From Tubiluchus corallicola (taxonomy: Eukaryota; Animalia; Priapulida): a stretch of 64,000 nt of DNA. The stretch is taken from NCBI GenBank assembly GCA_030141605.1, contig JAQGDQ010000006.1:1116001-1180000 (forward strand), given 5' to 3'. Under the pieces are notes generated by a model. That model did no database searches. It saw nothing but the letters and a program-made list of their open reading frames with translations, and was not told the DNA's origin. The translations under genes were made by a program, and so were the position numbers. Numbering within the stretch: position 1 is the stretch's first letter; every line of letters starts with the position of its first letter. Positions 52,240-64,000 of the stretch are shown here, one piece after another.

Positions 52240-53770
52240 TAATCCAAAGTTCTTCAGTTACACGAAACAATTTACTAAGCCAAAGGATTCCTCAGATTCA
52301 TTGTTAGGACTAGATAAGGGAAGTTTTGCTTAATGACTCCAATAAGGCTAATAGTAATACGTTGAATGACTTTTTCACTTCAATATTTATTAAAGAGTCT
52401 TCAGATTTAATTCCTCAGTGTTTCTGTCGTTCTTCTAGTAGTATGATTGATGACGTCAACTTTTCCATACAGACAGTGTGTGACATACTAAAAATTGACG
52501 AGACAAAATCAAAAGGCCCTGATGATTGCACCCTGTCTTTGATACGGTTGCATACAAGCAACTATTAGTTAAACTGTATTGCTCTAGCATCAGAGGCAAA
52601 CTGCTTTTAAAGTGGTTCGAAGCATTTTTGTCAAATCGTAGACTATGAGTAGTAATCAACAGTACATCTTGTAAAGTCACTAACAGGAAACATTAAAACT
52701 GCATAGGTTTAGGCAGTATAAACTATTTTATTGAAAACGGGACAGAAGTTTCATAGCAACAGACTCATCAGCTAAAGGTGGTAATGTTATAGCTGGTACA
52801 ACAGGGAAGCCCAGATTGGGCGGAGACTAACAGTTAAGTAGTAATGCCTACGTCACAAGCAGGATGTAACCAAAGTGCTCTTACAATCTCTTGGTGTTCT
52901 GTTTCTAAAGGAGTTTCACAAGGGTTTAGACTGGGTCCTGTTTTGCCAGATTTAGTTGCTTCAGTAATTAGTATGTGTGCTTACGATGCAATAATCTATC
53001 ACCGAGTTCTAACAATAGAAGATTCGGTACGTTTGCAACAAGACTTATTTCAGCTAGAAGCCTGGTCTGATAAATGGTTATTACAGTTTAATGCAGACAA
53101 ATGTGTAGTGTTGCAGCTTAAAGCTCAAGTTTCATCACACTATTGTTTGTCTGGCAGTGAGTTAACTCATGTTTCATAACCTAAAGACCTTAGTGTAATT
53201 ATATCAAATGATCTGGAGCCTACTGCACATATCATCAACATATGCAAGAAGGCAAATTGGATGATTGGATTGATTAAAAGATGTTCTGTTAACCGGGATC
53301 CTAAGCAGGTGTTAACTCTCTACAAAGCTTATGTGCGACCATTATTAGAATATTCTAGTGTAGTATGGTGATGTTATAATCTGACATTAACAGCTTGCAC
53401 AAAGTTCAAGATAGGTGCCTGTGATTATTTTAGCTGACTGCATCCGGAAATTTGTTCACTCCAACAGAGAAGAGAAACAGCGGACATGTATGAAGTATTT
53501 AAGTACATAAATTATAGACAACCTTGTTAGCTGTGATACACTATTTAAGGCTGCACCTCTACTGTCCACTCGCGATTTGTATAAACTTGTATAAACCTTA
53601 TGCGAGAACTAATTGTAAAAGTTCATTTTTTTCACACTGTGTAGCGAACAAGCGGAACAGTTTGCCAGAAAGGGTGATTAGTGCACTGAGTTTAAACTTA
53701 AGGAGAGATTGAGGGCTTCACGATAGTCATGCTTTAAGAAGCCAAAATTATTATGAAAAATTATTATATT
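52240..53770 (+). mobile_element. Decayed CR1-clade LINE, interrupted by a solo LTR
   Basis: FFTSIFIKE, KSKGPDD, IRGKLLLKWFEAFLSNRR, GVSQGFRLGPVL, WSDKWLLQFNADKC, KDLSVIISNDL, YKAYVRPLLEYSSVVW, FFSHCVANKRNSLP. Confidence 0.85.
52670..52885 (-). mobile_element. Solo LTR (216 bp, 4-bp TSD) inserted in the CR1 RT region
   Basis: ATCT|TGTAAAGTCACT ... AGTGCTCTTACA|ATCT; it splits the otherwise contiguous CR1 sequence VVINST / SWCSVSKGV; AATAAA on the minus strand. Confidence 0.75.
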
Positions 53771-53949
53771 AGTCTTGGTAATTGATTTTCATATATAGTG
53801 GGCGAAGGGAATCATCAAAAAAATAGTATCAATAATCTCTTAGTTTTAAAATGTTTTGGATTGTTTGCAGTTGATAATAGTAACTGGTGTTGCAAAAGAA
53901 GTTTCCTGAAGCACCTTGTGGGATAAGTGTTTATGCTGTACAGTAATTG

Positions 53950-54131
53950 GATGATGCCATTTTTTGTTCAAAATGAGTGCGACAAAGCTTGAAGTGATCG
54001 CGACTTTAAATTGATTTTGCTAATTACACGAGGTGCTTATTGTAATTTTATGGCTGAAATGTTCTAACCCTTTTTCTCAGAATAATATTAAAATAAGCTC
54101 AACTTCCCAAGAGATTTGGCTTTTGCTTTAA
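53950..54131. mobile_element. Right-end fragment of the same MITE family as 12160-12727
   Basis: gaagtgatcgcgactttaaattgattttgctaattacacgaggtgcttattg...aataagctcaac...ttggcttttgctttaa matches about 12595-12731. Confidence 0.75.
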
Positions 54132-54577
54132 ATACTCTCTTTTAATTGTAGGGACTAAAGTATAAGATCTAATATATATTTTTTATTTTATTTATATTTT
54201 ATTGGGTAATCACACACATATACAGTGCTACAAAAATCCTATACCACGTTATCAAGAACACAATTACACAAGTTCAAACTGAACAATTTAAACCAAAGAC
54301 ACAACAACAAACCTTGATGTATAAACCCAATGGTACACCATGAATATACATAAGCACAAATGAATGTATTTAGATCAAATATTATTCCAGTCTTGTTCTT
54401 GCTGTATCAAGTGGTTGTAAGATCATAAAATACAGAACCTCCTGGCTGCAAAAGTTTTGATACTGTTTTGGTCTACCAAATTGTGCCTGCATTGTCTAAT
54501 CCTCTGTTGATTATAATAATACGTAATTTTTTTGTGGAAAATAATTTATTGTACATTTAATTTATTTTCTAGAGTAA

Positions 54578-60969
<6,392 letters not shown>

Positions 60970-62049
60970 GAAAACTCAAGCGAGCAGCTTCGTCATTTTA
61001 AGGTACCTCACATGGAATTATTTCATTATTCCCAGATCTGCTAAATTCTTCGTGATTTGCTGATGTGTTTGGGTGAAACTGTAAGACTTTTTTCAACTGT
61101 GATATTTACCATGCTGTTCCTGCAAACACTGTCGTCATGTGATATAATCGTGACATTTTCAAGTTATGCAAATGTGGCTGTTTACTAAAGTGCCTAACAG
61201 TTGTTGTCCAAACATGTATTTTTTATAAAGTTGATTGAAACTAGTGTAATGCACTTGTGCTCTCGTGCTAAGCAGGTTTTTGTTAAACTTGCATCATTAA
61301 AAAGGACATCTGACATGTTGAATTTAAGTTCAGTATTGTGACTATTTGTAAGTTCACTTCAATTTTATAATGAATATGCTGTAAGTTGGTTTACATTTGC
61401 ATATACCTCATTCACTTTAGCGAAACTGAGAAAAATTGTGCTACCGTAAGACACTGTATGCAGTACCCTACGTATGTGTAATAAATAATTTGTTTTTTTC
61501 CTTGAATGATATGTGCGTTGGTGCTAGTTCTACAATTCTCCCTCATTGTTACTTATGTGTGAATAATGTGTACTGATGGCCAATGATGCGCAATGAGAGT
61601 AGTAAAGATGGCACTTTTGTAGTAGCTTCATGCAAATTATGTTATTTGGTCTATCTGGTACACAATGTATTGTCACTTGTCACATTGTCACTTATTGTCA
61701 ATTGTCACATTGTCACTTATCCGATTTCTTATATTATCACAAACTGGACTTTTTAAACAGTGCTGGGCTATCTTTGAATTTCCCCGTGCTACGCCACTTT
61801 CCCTAGATGTTATGTGTATGTATGTCACTCATTATCACCTGTTAATCATTCAGTCAAAGTCAACTACGTCATCAAAAATGTTTTGATGTAGCTGAGGATT
61901 ATGTAGTATATACTTTGGCCTAACTATGTATAGTACAATGCTTAGGTGTCGCATGCCTCATAGTTTTTGGCCCAACTTGATAATAGAATGCATAGAAAGC
62001 AGTAAATGATGAAATAATGTGTAAATATGTATCTGGTAAGCTGTATTGG

Positions 62050-62620
62050 AAGAAAAGACATGTGAGAGTCAATTACAATCAGCGGTCACACTGGTTCATT
62101 GTGCCTAGGCTCAATAGGCTGCTGTTTAATAGTGTTTTATTGTGAATGACATCCGATACAGATTTAGTCTCATGCAGTATTTGATCTGGCTTGCTTGTAA
62201 AGCGTCTTAAAATGGATGCCCATCTGGTCAGCTGCATACCAGAAACTATTCCATCCTTGACAGTCATATGACTTGTTGGCAATAATTGATTTTTATCTAA
62301 ATCACATATAGGGTTGAAATAGTAGTAGACAAAAAATCATTAATGGGTTATTAGTATACCCAGTAACCAGTAACCTAAAAACTGCTTTTTTAAGGAGTAA
62401 GTAACTGCCATTGATTATCCACTTTTCAAATGAACCATGCAGACAAGTATTCGAGAAATGGTATAGCAAAGTTAACTTCAAAAGCATTAATTCTGTTTAA
62501 CTTTACAACAATGTCAACATACAGCGCTATGACTGCACTCAGCAAATCATCTTGTTGCCTTTCTTAGGCTACTTCATCAATTTGTTTTCTTACTCCATGT
62601 ATAGTCAAAATTTATTTTAA
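62050..62620 (-). mobile_element. Highly degenerate CR1-like LINE fragment
   Basis: Minus-strand remnants resemble FADD, WxxxWQL and ILRRFTSKPDQIL in CR1 order. Confidence 0.35.
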
Positions 62621-64000
62621 TGTGGACTGCAAAACCTAAATGCACTATGTATCTTACTTAAATGCAGCTCAAGGGGATAATTTTTAATATTAAGATTTCA
62701 GTACCTAAACCTGCATTTATATATAATTGTTAATATGAAATATGCACACATGCTACTGCGTTACACACTAACAGTGTGTGCATGGTTTGAATCATTTTGT
62801 TACATTCTCGATAATTGTTAAAGCTGTGGAAATTATATAATTCTTTCTACAATTGTAAATAACTTGTAAATTATGCCAAAATAAATTTATAAATGTGATC
62901 TGGCTATTCCGATTTTCTTTTTACAAGCTGTAAATTAAATTGAAGTAATCCGTAGTACAACAGAACCTTACTGAAATAATAAATTAACTGCAGTTGATAT
63001 ATACTTTGATTGTGCCATGGATGGATTCAAACTTGTTGTTACGCTTTATGCACTTCGTAGCCTACTAGCTACAAGATTTAGTTAACCCACTTGGAGATGT
63101 CTTCTGATAAAATTCTTCCCTAGTGCCGTTGTTTCTTGTTCACTAGCAGATTTTATCCATTGTCTTCAGTACATATGGACCTCTCATCAAAATTGCTGGG
63201 AATTTTTGTCTTATTGATAAATTTTGAGCCTGTGTACTCCTGTATTACTTCTACTAATTGATACTATATGCGCAACTATACCATATAACAGTATGAAGGC
63301 AACGCTAAGTGTCTTGGGAAGTTGAGCTTATTTTAGTATTTCAAAAAAGTTATCACATGAAATTGTGATAAGTGCCTCATGTAATTCAACTTAAACTCGA
63401 GATCAGTTTACTCTTGGGTGCCTTCATTTAGACCCAAAAATGGAGTCATCTGCTTACCATGCGATATAAACAATCAACCCGCCAGGTGCTTCAGCAAACT
63501 TTCTTTGCAGGTGACTTTTGCTGACTATCAGATAAGCATGCAATTCCGCATGCATGTTGCAGATGCTGATGGGTTACTTAGTCTACTGAATTCAATTTTA
63601 GCTTAGAGTAGTTATTCTGTTACTTAGTTGTTAAATCCGGGTTATGCTACCATCAGTGTTTTTGATTACAGTGTGCAAAGAGATTCATTGAAAAGTAAAT
63701 AATAGTATTAATAATTTCTAGTAATTTTTCAGTAAACTGTAAGTTTTCTTACATGCACCTTCACCATGTCCATACCCGTCCACCAGCTTTGCCATTTTTT
63801 CAACTATGCCCGCAGTGAGATTCGTTTTGCAGGAGATAAGAAATATTAAATATTCAATTTTTTTAATTTTTAAGCAAGGCATTCTATGAGCATATATTGT
63901 GTGGTGATTTCATTATTTTTAATTGTATATTAAAATACAAAGAATTTTCCTTTAAAACTGAGCTTCATCAATGACAATACATTACATATCGTTTTGGTAA

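Overview
AT-rich, intron-containing animal (probably invertebrate) genomic DNA, not prokaryotic. Five spliced protein-coding genes were rebuilt by hand with consistent intron phases: EPHX1-type epoxide hydrolase (-, 11650-16311, 5 exons, 480 aa), an SLC7/LAT amino-acid transporter light chain (+, 17792-31923, 10 exons, 508 aa, one GC-AG intron), TIMM21 (-, 34822-43986, 5 exons, 218 aa), translin (+, 40127-41670, 3 exons, 225 aa) lying wholly inside the first coding intron of TIMM21 on the opposite strand, and PQLC1/SLC66A2 (+, 54590-60969, 5 exons, 250 aa, plus a candidate 108-nt cassette exon). Introns and intergenic DNA hold many mobile elements: a near full-length decayed LINE, a young 5'-truncated LINE, CR1/L2/RTE fragments, two solo LTRs with 4-bp TSDs, TTAA-flanked Kolobok-like elements (one about 4 kb with about 600-bp inverted arms), foldback MITEs, a MetaSINE-like SINE and a Penelope-type minimal hammerhead ribozyme. 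The first ~11 kb has no recognisable coding sequence. I found no clearly new multi-gene system. The best leads are the nested antisense translin gene, the hammerhead, the EPHX1 active-site Tyr-to-Leu change and inverted LINE copies bracketing a 45-nt exon. All family assignments come from motif recognition by eye; no searches were run.
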